In this document: one piece after another, positions 9,156 to 17,474 of the stretch | Layout of the letters: each line of letters opens with the position of its first letter | How positions within the stretch are numbered: the first letter of the stretch is position 1 | Assembly: GCA_001543005.1 (NCBI GenBank) | Contig: LFLB01000003.1 | Coordinates: 221,797 to 285,796 of the forward strand | Direction: 5' to 3' | Length of the DNA: 64,000 nt | Origin: Candidatus Spongiihabitans thiooxidans | GTDB taxonomy: Bacteria; Pseudomonadota; Gammaproteobacteria; Arenicellales; Poriferihabitantaceae | Notes under the pieces: model-generated | What the model was told of the DNA's origin: nothing | Databases searched by the model: none | What the model saw: only the letters and a program-made list of their open reading frames with translations | Made by a program: the position numbers and the translations under genes

Positions 9156-12100
9156 TTACTCCGTCCCTTGAAACATCAATTCCCGAAAAACTGGTTCAGT
9201 CGTGACCGCTTCCCATTGGTCGCCGGACTGTCTGAGCGCGTTCAAGGTGTGGTCGCCGTTGACATAAATCAAGTTCAGGTCATCGCCAAAGGTTTTGCGG
9301 TGTTTGAGAAACCACTTATCCAGTTTGGATGCGCTCATCTTTTTCAGGTTGCGCCACAGGATGAGACAGTTTTCGCCTTTGGAGTTTGTGCCGGTGATGG
9401 TCAGCACATCATCCATCCGGCGGCGACTGGCGAGGCGTAGACCAAGCAGGAAGTTGAAAGTTTCCGCAAGATCAACCGCAACATCACGGCGCGTGCCATC
9501 GCGCACAACCGACAGGGTGTACTGAAACGGATCTATAAAGTCTTGCCCTAGCAGCGAAGCGCTGTACGCGGTTTCCGCGCCGAGCGCGTAGCGAAGTTGG
9601 TAGTCCTCGATGATTTTCTTGTTTTCTCCCGCTTCAACCAAATCTTTGCGCGAGGCAACCTGTAGGCTGTCCATTGTGTCTTCGTAGGATTCAAGGCGGA
9701 CATAGCGGAATAACTGACTGATTCCTTCGCGGCTTTGCGGCTTGCCGTTTTTCCAATCCTTGGAATAAGCGACTTTTTTCAACCGCGGCAAAAGCACGGT
9801 TTCAAAATGATGCCCGATTTCGACGAGGATGTATTTGCGCTTGCCGTTATCTTCTCGATTGAGATTGACGACCGCATGGCCGGTGGTGCCGGAGCCAGCG
9901 AAGTAGTCCAGCACATTGGCATCTGTGCCACCGTTGATCGAGCAAATCAGACAATCTTTCACCAAATCAACAGATTTAGGAAAGTCAAAATTTTTATCGC
10001 CTAACACTTTTTTAAGTTGCATTGTTCCATTGGCGGACGAGTATTTGCTTTGATCCCACCATGTCTTGGGTAGGGCGTCTTCGTCCATGCGCTTTTTGAA
10101 GTCAATCGCAACCTCTCCCGAAGAAAAGCGTCGAACGCGGTATTCGCCCGGCTCCGTTTTTATTCGCTGGTGTCCTCGATGCCAATTCCCATCGATTATT
10201 TCATCGCCTGTTTTTCTAATCGGATAAACAACCACTTCATTATCCAAATGAGATTCTTGCAAAACCCACTCTCTAGTGGTTTCATTCCATTCCATTCGCG
10301 GAATTCGAATTTCGTCCGTATCGCCGACAAAAATTGGATAAAACTGCTTGGGGCGATCTTGCCGCTTGTCGTTTGTGCCGGAACGAATAAAATTTGTCCA
10401 CATAAAACGCCCTTGCTCATCTTCTTGCGGATAACTGCGTTTCTGTTCTTCTGTCTTTTCAAGAGAACCGGGAATAGTTTTATCCGTTTTTCCATAAAAC
10501 AGTGCATACTCGTGTGCCGGTGCGAATCGGCCTTTGGTTTTGCGACCAGCAGGATTCGAGCGCACTGTCACGATGCCTAACTCGGATTCAAAACTGCTCG
10601 CCATGATATTGCGTAGCACTGATACCTCCTCATCATCTATTGCCGCACACGCAATCCCATCATCTTGAAGTATTGAATGCGCCAGCGCAAAACGGTTTTC
10701 GATTAACGACATCCAAGACGAATTTTTATAACCGTTTTTATAAAGAATCGCCGAAGCGTCCGTATTATACGGCGGGTCGATATAAACACACTTGACTTGC
10801 TCCCTATACCGCTCCTGCATCAAATTCAAGGCCTGAAAGTTTTCCCCGTGAACCAGCAAACCGTTCATCTGTTCTTCAATCGGTCCTGCTTCCGATAAAG
10901 TGGCGAGCAGTTTGTCGGCAAATTGGTTGTCGAAGTGCTTGGTATCCAAAACCAGATACGAATTCTCTTTGAGAAATTCCGGCTTCAACGGCTTGCTGTA
11001 AGCGGTGGCGGCAAGGTCACCATTTATCTCGTCAATGGCAAAAAGTCTCACCCATTCATCGTGCTGGGCTTTGTTTTTGGCAATTTCCGCATAGAGCGAT
11101 GGCGGCGCTTTGTCAAGCGTCACGCAATACTGCGTTTCCAGCACAAACTTCTTTTTCAGCCACAGTTGTTTTTGGAAGTCTTCCAGTTGCGCCAGAAAAT
11201 CTATGATTTTATTGCCGACGATCTTTATCGCTTTTATTTGCGCTAGACTGCGAATGAATACGACTGGGTCATCGGTCAATTCCAGATGGTCAATGGATAT
11301 GACTTCGCTTTTAAGATAGAAGTCAAGTTCCCGGCGCAGAAAGCCGCCTAGGTCTTTGTGAATGAAATAATCAAAACTGTTCTTTGCGGTATAAGCGGTG
11401 ATGTGCTTGCCAAGCAGGGTGCGAGCATCATCCGCTTTGGTGGGACACGGCTGGGAAAGTGGAATCAACCATTCCCCCTGAAGTTTTTTCACCTTTGAGA
11501 GAATTCGCTGTTCGATTGCCTGGTTGATTGAGTTCTGTCGCCTGACGCCATTTTGTGGGTGTTGCTTTTTCTCTCCTTCGCTTAGAGGGCGATGATCAAA
11601 GCGGATGATGAGTTCTTTCTCCGCTTTCACGGGGACATGCTTTTCTTCGGCGATAAAATCTTTCGAGAGAACAAAGAAACGCTTGTTTCCATTGCTCTCT
11701 TTGATGTTATCTTTTTCATTGTCCGCCGCCGCAATCTCAAAGCACACACGGTGTTTTTTGTCGCCTTTGTCAACCGTGAAAACATAGGAAGCGTAATTCT
11801 CGGTTGTTTTTATGTAATACTGGTCGGAGTTCGCCCAATGGAGTTTTACCTCCTCGCCGTTGTAGGGAATTGAATAAGCCTCTTTTCCTTCGCTTTTATA
11901 GCGACGAAGCGACATAAAATCACCTTCGTCGTAGTAGCGCGAGAAGAAGTTGCAAAGATGATTGTAAGTTTCCGCCTCTGTACGCTGGTCTCTTTTGGCA
12001 GCTTTTATCTGAGCTTTTAGTTCCTGAATCTTTGGGGATTGTTCGGGGTCAAAACCAAGTTCCTTTGCTGTTTCGGATGCTTTGTCGAGATCCGCTTGCA

Positions 12101-12353
12101 ACAATGTAGTGTCGGATTCAGCAATATTTCCCAGCGCATCGGTAACCTGCGGCAACAGATGACCGTCCAGAAACTCAGTAACCTCGGCGCTTTTGAGCGC
12201 CATAATGCGATACAAGCCGAAATCCAGGTCACCGCGATCAAGTTGAAACAACTCGCGCAGTTTTTCTTTCAGTTTGGCGAGGTTTTCTTCGGCAGCTTTG
12301 CTTATAATTTTGGGAGTATTGCTCATTTTCGGCTCAACAAAAAGTGGGCGCAA
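9156..12353 (-). CDS. Site-specific DNA methyltransferase, beta-class N6A/N4C (Type III Mod-like), unusually long (about 1055-1065 aa)
   Basis: Motif IV VYIDPPYN precedes motif I DYFAGSGTTGHAV, with about 280 aa between them (position of the target-recognition domain). There is an extra ~490-aa N-terminal region and ~240-aa C-terminal region. The likely start is the ATG at 12326 (MSNTPK). Confidence 0.85.
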   Translation of the reverse strand: MRPLFVEPKMSNTPKIISKAAEENLAKLKEKLRELFQLDRGDLDFGLYRIMALKSAEVTEFLDGHLLPQVTDALGNIAESDTTLLQADLDKASETAKELGFDPEQSPKIQELKAQIKAAKRDQRTEAETYNHLCNFFSRYYDEGDFMSLRRYKSEGKEAYSIPYNGEEVKLHWANSDQYYIKTTENYASYVFTVDKGDKKHRVCFEIAAADNEKDNIKESNGNKRFFVLSKDFIAEEKHVPVKAEKELIIRFDHRPLSEGEKKQHPQNGVRRQNSINQAIEQRILSKVKKLQGEWLIPLSQPCPTKADDARTLLGKHITAYTAKNSFDYFIHKDLGGFLRRELDFYLKSEVISIDHLELTDDPVVFIRSLAQIKAIKIVGNKIIDFLAQLEDFQKQLWLKKKFVLETQYCVTLDKAPPSLYAEIAKNKAQHDEWVRLFAIDEINGDLAATAYSKPLKPEFLKENSYLVLDTKHFDNQFADKLLATLSEAGPIEEQMNGLLVHGENFQALNLMQERYREQVKCVYIDPPYNTDASAILYKNGYKNSSWMSLIENRFALAHSILQDDGIACAAIDDEEVSVLRNIMASSFESELGIVTVRSNPAGRKTKGRFAPAHEYALFYGKTDKTIPGSLEKTEEQKRSYPQEDEQGRFMWTNFIRSGTNDKRQDRPKQFYPIFVGDTDEIRIPRMEWNETTREWVLQESHLDNEVVVYPIRKTGDEIIDGNWHRGHQRIKTEPGEYRVRRFSSGEVAIDFKKRMDEDALPKTWWDQSKYSSANGTMQLKKVLGDKNFDFPKSVDLVKDCLICSINGGTDANVLDYFAGSGTTGHAVVNLNREDNGKRKYILVEIGHHFETVLLPRLKKVAYSKDWKNGKPQSREGISQLFRYVRLESYEDTMDSLQVASRKDLVEAGENKKIIEDYQLRYALGAETAYSASLLGQDFIDPFQYTLSVVRDGTRRDVAVDLAETFNFLLGLRLASRRRMDDVLTITGTNSKGENCLILWRNLKKMSASKLDKWFLKHRKTFGDDLNLIYVNGDHTLNALRQSGDQWEAVTTEPVFRELMFQGTE

Positions 12354-12554
12354 TTATAACGAACCTAAAGGCGCAGATAAAGGCGCGGTTATGAACCGGC
12401 CTAATATTGCGCTTTTGTCACTTGCTTAAGAATCTCCTTTTTGATGGACCGACCCACACGGCTTGAGGACGATGTATTCCAGATTGTGGCGCTTGTAAAC
12501 GATGCCGCTACCGAACAAGGCGCCACGGGAGTTACCAGAAGAACGACATAGAAT

Positions 12555-13307
12555 TTATTTAGAACAAATCTGCAAATATTGGTTGACCACTTGTTGCATA
12601 CCAGAATCGAGACATTCAATTATCAACGCATGGCCGATGGACACTTCCAGGATGCCGTCTATCTCCAGGAAACGACCAAGATTGTTGAGGTCTAAGTCAT
12701 GTCCGGCATTGACACCCAATCCCAGCGACTGAGCGTATGCTGCCGCCGCTTTATAATTTTTGAATACTTCCGCTGCGTTTTCCTGGTGCAATGCCAGGTT
12801 AAATGCCCGGTTAAATATTTTGGCAAATTGTTCGGTATAAAATTCAATACGATCACAGCCGATGGCCGCGGCGGCTTTGATTTGTTCCGGATCGGGATCG
12901 AGGAAAAGGGAACTGCGAACACCTGCGATTTTTAAACGCTCTAGGCTGGACCCTAAAATTTCCTGAGATCCGGCAACATCCCAACCATGATCTGAGGTAA
13001 GTTGATTGGCATCATCGGGAACCAAGGTGCATTGATCTGGCCTGGTTTGCTCTATCAGCTCAAGAAAATCATCCGCTGGATAACCTTCAATATTAAACTC
13101 AACCTGGTCGAAGTCCTTAAGCAATTTCCCCAAATCGTAAGCATCCGAACGCTTTGCGTGGCGCTGGTCCTGGCGCGGGTGAATGGTAATGCCCTGAACC
13201 CCGAGATCGATAAACTTGTTCGCATAAGCAACCACATTAGGATAGTCCCGGCCCCGGGAATTCCTGAGTAATGCAATTTTATTGAGATTGATGCTTAAGT
13301 TTGTCAT
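12555..13307 (-). CDS. pdxJ: Pyridoxine 5'-phosphate synthase
   Basis: 250 aa. LNKIALLRNSRG, ITIHPRQDQRH and GHALI blocks are typical of PdxJ. Confidence 0.9.
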   Translation of the reverse strand: MTNLSINLNKIALLRNSRGRDYPNVVAYANKFIDLGVQGITIHPRQDQRHAKRSDAYDLGKLLKDFDQVEFNIEGYPADDFLELIEQTRPDQCTLVPDDANQLTSDHGWDVAGSQEILGSSLERLKIAGVRSSLFLDPDPEQIKAAAAIGCDRIEFYTEQFAKIFNRAFNLALHQENAAEVFKNYKAAAAYAQSLGLGVNAGHDLDLNNLGRFLEIDGILEVSIGHALIIECLDSGMQQVVNQYLQICSK

Positions 13308-13318
13308 TGTCTTCTACA

Positions 13319-13366
13319 TGTCGTCTTCTGGGGTCGTCTTCTGGGGTCGTCTTCTGGGGTCGTCTT
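13319..13366. repeat. 13-bp tandem repeat (gtcgtcttctggg, about 3.6 copies) 12 nt upstream of the pdxJ start
   Basis: Read directly from the sequence. In the minus sense it reads GACGACCCCAGAA, which shares the GACGACCCCA core with the repeat family at 27.0-27.4 kb. Confidence 0.9.
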
Positions 13367-13468
13367 TTTAGGCCACCGTTTCAAAATGAGCATAATTCCA
13401 GTTAGGGGCAATCCGCTTTGCTTCACGGATTTTTTCCCACAGATTTTTTAATGGACAATGGCAGTGAA

Positions 13469-13855
13469 CTAGAATTTTTTATAAGCGTTCATTAACTCAA
13501 CCAGAGGATGGGATTTTGCCATCTGGAATTTCACCAATAATTGCCTGGCAATCATGTCCCGGTCCTGTTGGTTATCCGGCAGTTTCATCTCTTGCGGAAC
13601 CTGCACCCAGCCATTGATGTTACGGTCGAATACAGCCGGTCGATTTTCTTCATAGCCCATATGCACATCTTCCAGCCAGTTCAAATCGTCCCACCCCATT
13701 ATCTCCATGTACTTTTTAAGAAATGCCGGGCAGCGTTCCATATCCGGCACTAGGTTCACGTCATAACGATAACCGATGTGTTGACCAATATCTTTTTCCC
13801 GTCCTGTGTCCAGGCCATCGGATTCAATAAATTTATCTACATCATTGCTCATCAT
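13469..13855 (-). CDS. Hypothetical protein (128 aa), last gene of the Glx/Mgs-like operon
   Basis: The ORF starts 8 nt after the stop of the upstream FMN-subunit gene, on the same strand. It is acidic and Trp-rich. I recognise no family. Confidence 0.5.
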   Translation of the reverse strand: MMSNDVDKFIESDGLDTGREKDIGQHIGYRYDVNLVPDMERCPAFLKKYMEIMGWDDLNWLEDVHMGYEENRPAVFDRNINGWVQVPQEMKLPDNQQDRDMIARQLLVKFQMAKSHPLVELMNAYKKF

Positions 13856-13863
13856 TCAGTCTC

Positions 13864-15216
13864 CTAAAATCGGGTCATATCCGGCCGCCCGACGGTATGC
13901 TGGGTGCCTGCCAGCGGGACTTGAGCCAATGCGGAAGCCTCCATGGTTAATGCGGCTAAATCTTCGGGCTCGAGGGAGTGGATATTGGTTTTTCCACAGG
14001 CGCGCGCCAAAAGCTGCGCTTCGATCGTCAGTGTATGCAGGAAGTTATAGACCCTCTCCGCCGCTTGGTCAGGATTCAGACGTTTTCGCAAGATTGGATC
14101 CTGGGTGGCGATACCAACCGGGCATCGACCGGTGTGACAATGATAGCAATGACCCGCGGCAACGCCCATTTCTTTCTCGAAATCAGCTTCAGGAATCGCT
14201 TTGTTACAGTTCAGCGCCATCAATGCAGAGTGCCCGATGGCGACCGCATCGGCGCCGAGCGCCAACGCCTTGGCCACATCACCGCCGTTACGAATACCGC
14301 CGGCATAAACCAAGGATATTTCCCCGGATTTACCGACATCTTCAATGGCTTTGCGCGCTTGTCGGATGGCCGCGATGCCCGGGATGCCGGTTTCTTCTGT
14401 TGCAAGATGAGGGCCGGCGCCAGTGCCGCCTTCCATGCCATCAATATAGATAGAATCAGGGCCGGTTTTGGCCGCCATACGCACGTCATCGTAAACCCGC
14501 GCAGCGCCCAGTTTTAACTGGATAGGAATTTCACCATTGGTTGCCTCACGAATTTCATCGATTTTCAATGCAAGATCATCCGGGCCGAGCCAGTCAGGGT
14601 GACGAGCAGGGGAACGCTGATCAATGCCAGCGGGCAAAGAGCGCATCTCGGCAACCTGATCGGTCACTTTTTGACCCATTAAGTGGCCGCCGAGTCCCAC
14701 CTTGCAGCCTTGACCGATAAAAAATTCCACACAATCCGCAAGGCGCAGGTGATTCGGATTAAAACCGTAACGGGATTGAATACATTGATACATCCACTTT
14801 TCGGAGTAGCGGCGTTCATCGGGAATCATGCCGCCTTCACCAGAACAGGTCGCAGTTCCAGCCATGGTTGCACCCCGAGCCAGCGCAGTTTTAGCTTCAT
14901 AGGACAATGCGCCAAAACTCATGCCGGTGATATAAACAGGAATATCCAACACCATGGGGCGTTTTGCTTGTGGGCCAATGATGGTTTCAGTCAGACATTT
15001 TTCGCGGTAACCCTCAATGACAAAACGAGTCAGTGTGCCTGGCATAAAAGTCAGATCATCCCAGGTTGGGATTTTTTTGAACAGGGAAAAACCGCGCATA
15101 CGGTAACGTCCCAATTCCGCTTTGATGTGAATATCATCAATCACCTCCGGCGGGAACATGAAACTTTGTCCCAGGTGATGGGTGTCTCTGTCTATTTTAG
15201 GCATTCGTTTTGACAT
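13864..15216 (-). CDS. FMN-dependent glutamate-synthase-like subunit (GlxD / N-methylglutamate synthase MgsC-like)
   Basis: 450 aa. It has the glutamate synthase central-domain blocks DGMEGGTGAGP and GGIRNGGDVAKALALGADAV, plus a Cys cluster CYHCHTGRCPVGI. Confidence 0.85.
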   Translation of the reverse strand: MSKRMPKIDRDTHHLGQSFMFPPEVIDDIHIKAELGRYRMRGFSLFKKIPTWDDLTFMPGTLTRFVIEGYREKCLTETIIGPQAKRPMVLDIPVYITGMSFGALSYEAKTALARGATMAGTATCSGEGGMIPDERRYSEKWMYQCIQSRYGFNPNHLRLADCVEFFIGQGCKVGLGGHLMGQKVTDQVAEMRSLPAGIDQRSPARHPDWLGPDDLALKIDEIREATNGEIPIQLKLGAARVYDDVRMAAKTGPDSIYIDGMEGGTGAGPHLATEETGIPGIAAIRQARKAIEDVGKSGEISLVYAGGIRNGGDVAKALALGADAVAIGHSALMALNCNKAIPEADFEKEMGVAAGHCYHCHTGRCPVGIATQDPILRKRLNPDQAAERVYNFLHTLTIEAQLLARACGKTNIHSLEPEDLAALTMEASALAQVPLAGTQHTVGRPDMTRF

Positions 15217-15246
15217 AATTATTTTCTGGATTGTTTTCCTGGTGTG

Positions 15247-16110
15247 CTAGAGCACCAATTTTTTCTCGGCCGGTTCAAGGTTATCGTAGTTCCATAACTG
15301 TTTGCCAGAGACGAATTTCTTTAAATTTTCAATCCCGCAAGCCGGTTCAATGCCATACATGCCCAACTTGGTTTTCAGCCATTTCAGCTCAGTGTCATTC
15401 ATTTCACCCGGCACGCAATCCACACCCAGGTCTTCGACCTGACCGCCGACGTAGATGGTGCCGTCATACATGGAGTCACCCAGACTCTTGCTCGCGTCAC
15501 CGCAAATGATCATGCGCCCGCGCTGCATCATGAATCCGGAGAATGCGCCGGTGCGACCGCCAACGATGATGGTGCCGCCCTTTTGGTCAATCCCGGTTCG
15601 AGAACCGACATCACCACGACAAACCAGATCACCGCCACGAATCGCCGCGCCAAATGTTGAGCCGGCATTTTTATCGATCACGACTTTGCCCGCCATCATG
15701 TTTTCCGCACAAGACCAACCGACTCGACCGCTGATATGAATGTTAGGCCCATCGACTAATCCGCAGCCGAAATAGCCCAGGCTTCCTTCAAACTTCAGGT
15801 TCAAACGATTGAGAATCCCCACACCCACACCGTGTTTGGCACGAGGATTTTTTACGGTGATGGTGCCGTGACCCGATTGCATCAGTTCGCGAATTTTCAG
15901 GTTAATTGCGGATGAATCCATTTCCTCAGCATCAAACTCTGCGGTTTTATCAAAGTCAACATCGTAAGCCCAGGGATAGGTAAAATTTTCTTCCTCAGCG
16001 GCGCTAAAGAAACGCTGTTGAGTTCGACCGGTTAACTGCTCGGCATGCAGACCCATGTCGTGGGATTTGTCATGGCGTTTGCCATGGGATTTGTGTCCTA
16101 CACCTGCCAT
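15247..16110 (-). CDS. GXGXG-motif glutamate-synthase-like subunit (GlxC / MgsB-like)
   Basis: Repeated beta-helix GXGXG segments (GGTIIVGGRTGAFSGFMMQRGRMIICGDA, GGDLVCRGDVGSRTG). It overlaps the upstream gene by 13 nt. Confidence 0.85.
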   Translation of the reverse strand: MAGVGHKSHGKRHDKSHDMGLHAEQLTGRTQQRFFSAAEEENFTYPWAYDVDFDKTAEFDAEEMDSSAINLKIRELMQSGHGTITVKNPRAKHGVGVGILNRLNLKFEGSLGYFGCGLVDGPNIHISGRVGWSCAENMMAGKVVIDKNAGSTFGAAIRGGDLVCRGDVGSRTGIDQKGGTIIVGGRTGAFSGFMMQRGRMIICGDASKSLGDSMYDGTIYVGGQVEDLGVDCVPGEMNDTELKWLKTKLGMYGIEPACGIENLKKFVSGKQLWNYDNLEPAEKKLVL

Positions 16111-17033
16111 ACTTTTACCTCCCCGTGATAGGGATCCCAGGTTTCAATTTCATCTGGAAATATACTGCGGATAGCGACTTCTTCTGAAGCCAGCCCGACA
16201 AATTCATCGCTTTCATATAACACCATGGGCTTGGCAGCCATCACATCTTTCGCCATTCCCAGTTGGTCGCTGGTTGCGACCAGATAAGTGAAAACACCGT
16301 CCAGTTGGTCGACAGACCGGTTCATGGCTTGTTCAAGATCATCGCCCTGCCCGATTCGGTCGGCGATATAAACCGCAATTAATTCCGAATCACAATCGGA
16401 CACAAAACGATGGCCACGGCGTTCCATCCGGCGACGGAAACTCCAGTAGTTAGTAAGCTGACCATTATGCACCACGGATACGTCGTTAAATGGATATGCC
16501 CAATAAGGGTGCGCCGAGCGGATATCCACGTCAGATTCGGTCGCCATACGGGTATGCCCGATGCCGTGAGTACCTTCGAAGCCAGCCAAACCATATTGCT
16601 CAGACACCACTGCCGCGTCACCCAGATCCTTGATTAATTCCAGGGCTTCCCCGATGGATAGAATTTCCACGCCGTCGATGTCCTCAACATAATCGGCAAG
16701 TTTTCTCATATCGCCAGCAAATGAAAAAGTGTATCGGTGGGAATATTCGGTCGCTTGATTACGGCGTTTTACATTTACGCCCAGGCTTTCCAGTCTATGG
16801 TCGACTTCTTTTTGACGTTCAGCAATTTGTCGATGTATGTCAAAGCCCTTGTTCATATCTTCCTGTTCGGCGACTTTGAAGCGCATTACATACTGATTAT
16901 CAGTCGGGTTTCCGTACAGCGCGAAGCCGGTCGAATCCGGGCCCCGATGCTTCAAAGATTGAAGCATCGCCGTCATTTCCGTCCCAATGTCAGCGCTTTT
17001 GCCGCGATGGATTAGTCCTGCAATACCGCACAT
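16098..17033 (-). CDS. Class-II (Ntn) glutamine amidotransferase subunit (GlxB / MgsA-like)
   Basis: N-terminal MCGIAG, which carries the catalytic Cys2. 311 aa. Confidence 0.85.
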   Translation of the reverse strand: MCGIAGLIHRGKSADIGTEMTAMLQSLKHRGPDSTGFALYGNPTDNQYVMRFKVAEQEDMNKGFDIHRQIAERQKEVDHRLESLGVNVKRRNQATEYSHRYTFSFAGDMRKLADYVEDIDGVEILSIGEALELIKDLGDAAVVSEQYGLAGFEGTHGIGHTRMATESDVDIRSAHPYWAYPFNDVSVVHNGQLTNYWSFRRRMERRGHRFVSDCDSELIAVYIADRIGQGDDLEQAMNRSVDQLDGVFTYLVATSDQLGMAKDVMAAKPMVLYESDEFVGLASEEVAIRSIFPDEIETWDPYHGEVKVWQV

Positions 17034-17072
17034 AAATTGGTCTCCTGTTTCGTGGTTAAATTATTTTGATGA

Positions 17073-17450
17073 TTATTCCGACTTTAGTGCCGTGCAATCA
17101 TTTCCAGAAAATCTCCATGAGACAATCACACTGCCTTTACTTTCAAATGTAGTCCGGCAGTACTCATGGATAATTATTGGTGCAGATCCTCCACTGCTTG
17201 TTGTGTAAATGGTATTACCATAAACAGTCGAAGTGTAAGTTGGGATGGTGCCGGGAATGTGGATGTTTCTTGAGGAATTATAAGTAAGAAACCTTACGCC
17301 ACTGGAATCATATGCCTGGTCTGGCGCCCCCCAACTTCTGACAAGATCAATTTCCTCTGCGCCAACCCAAGTATCCAATATCGCCTTATAATTTTCTGTC
17401 GTGGCGCATCCGGCCAGGGTAAGTGTTAGTACGATAAGTAGACGTTTCAT
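17073..17450 (-). CDS. Small lipoprotein of unknown function
   Basis: Signal peptide with lipobox MKRLLIVLTLTLAGC. 125 aa. It lies inside the operon, between the GS-like gene and the amidotransferase gene. Confidence 0.6.
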   Translation of the reverse strand: MKRLLIVLTLTLAGCATTENYKAILDTWVGAEEIDLVRSWGAPDQAYDSSGVRFLTYNSSRNIHIPGTIPTYTSTVYGNTIYTTSSGGSAPIIIHEYCRTTFESKGSVIVSWRFSGNDCTALKSE

Positions 17451-17474
17451 TGTAAAAAATACCTCGCGGCTTAT

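Noticed and set aside
5837-12554. Direct repeats or att sites flanking the restriction-modification island
   Set aside because: Only an 8-mer (ttatgaac, near 5853 and 12385) is shared, which is compatible with chance. No integrase or tRNA is present.
12401-12619. 72-aa minus-strand ORF and a hairpin (about 12484-12532) between the Mod gene and pdxJ
   Set aside because: The ORF overlaps the pdxJ 3' end in another frame and has no ribosome-binding site or motif. The hairpin (gtggcgcttg / caaggcgccac) lacks a U-tract, so calling it a terminator would be speculative.
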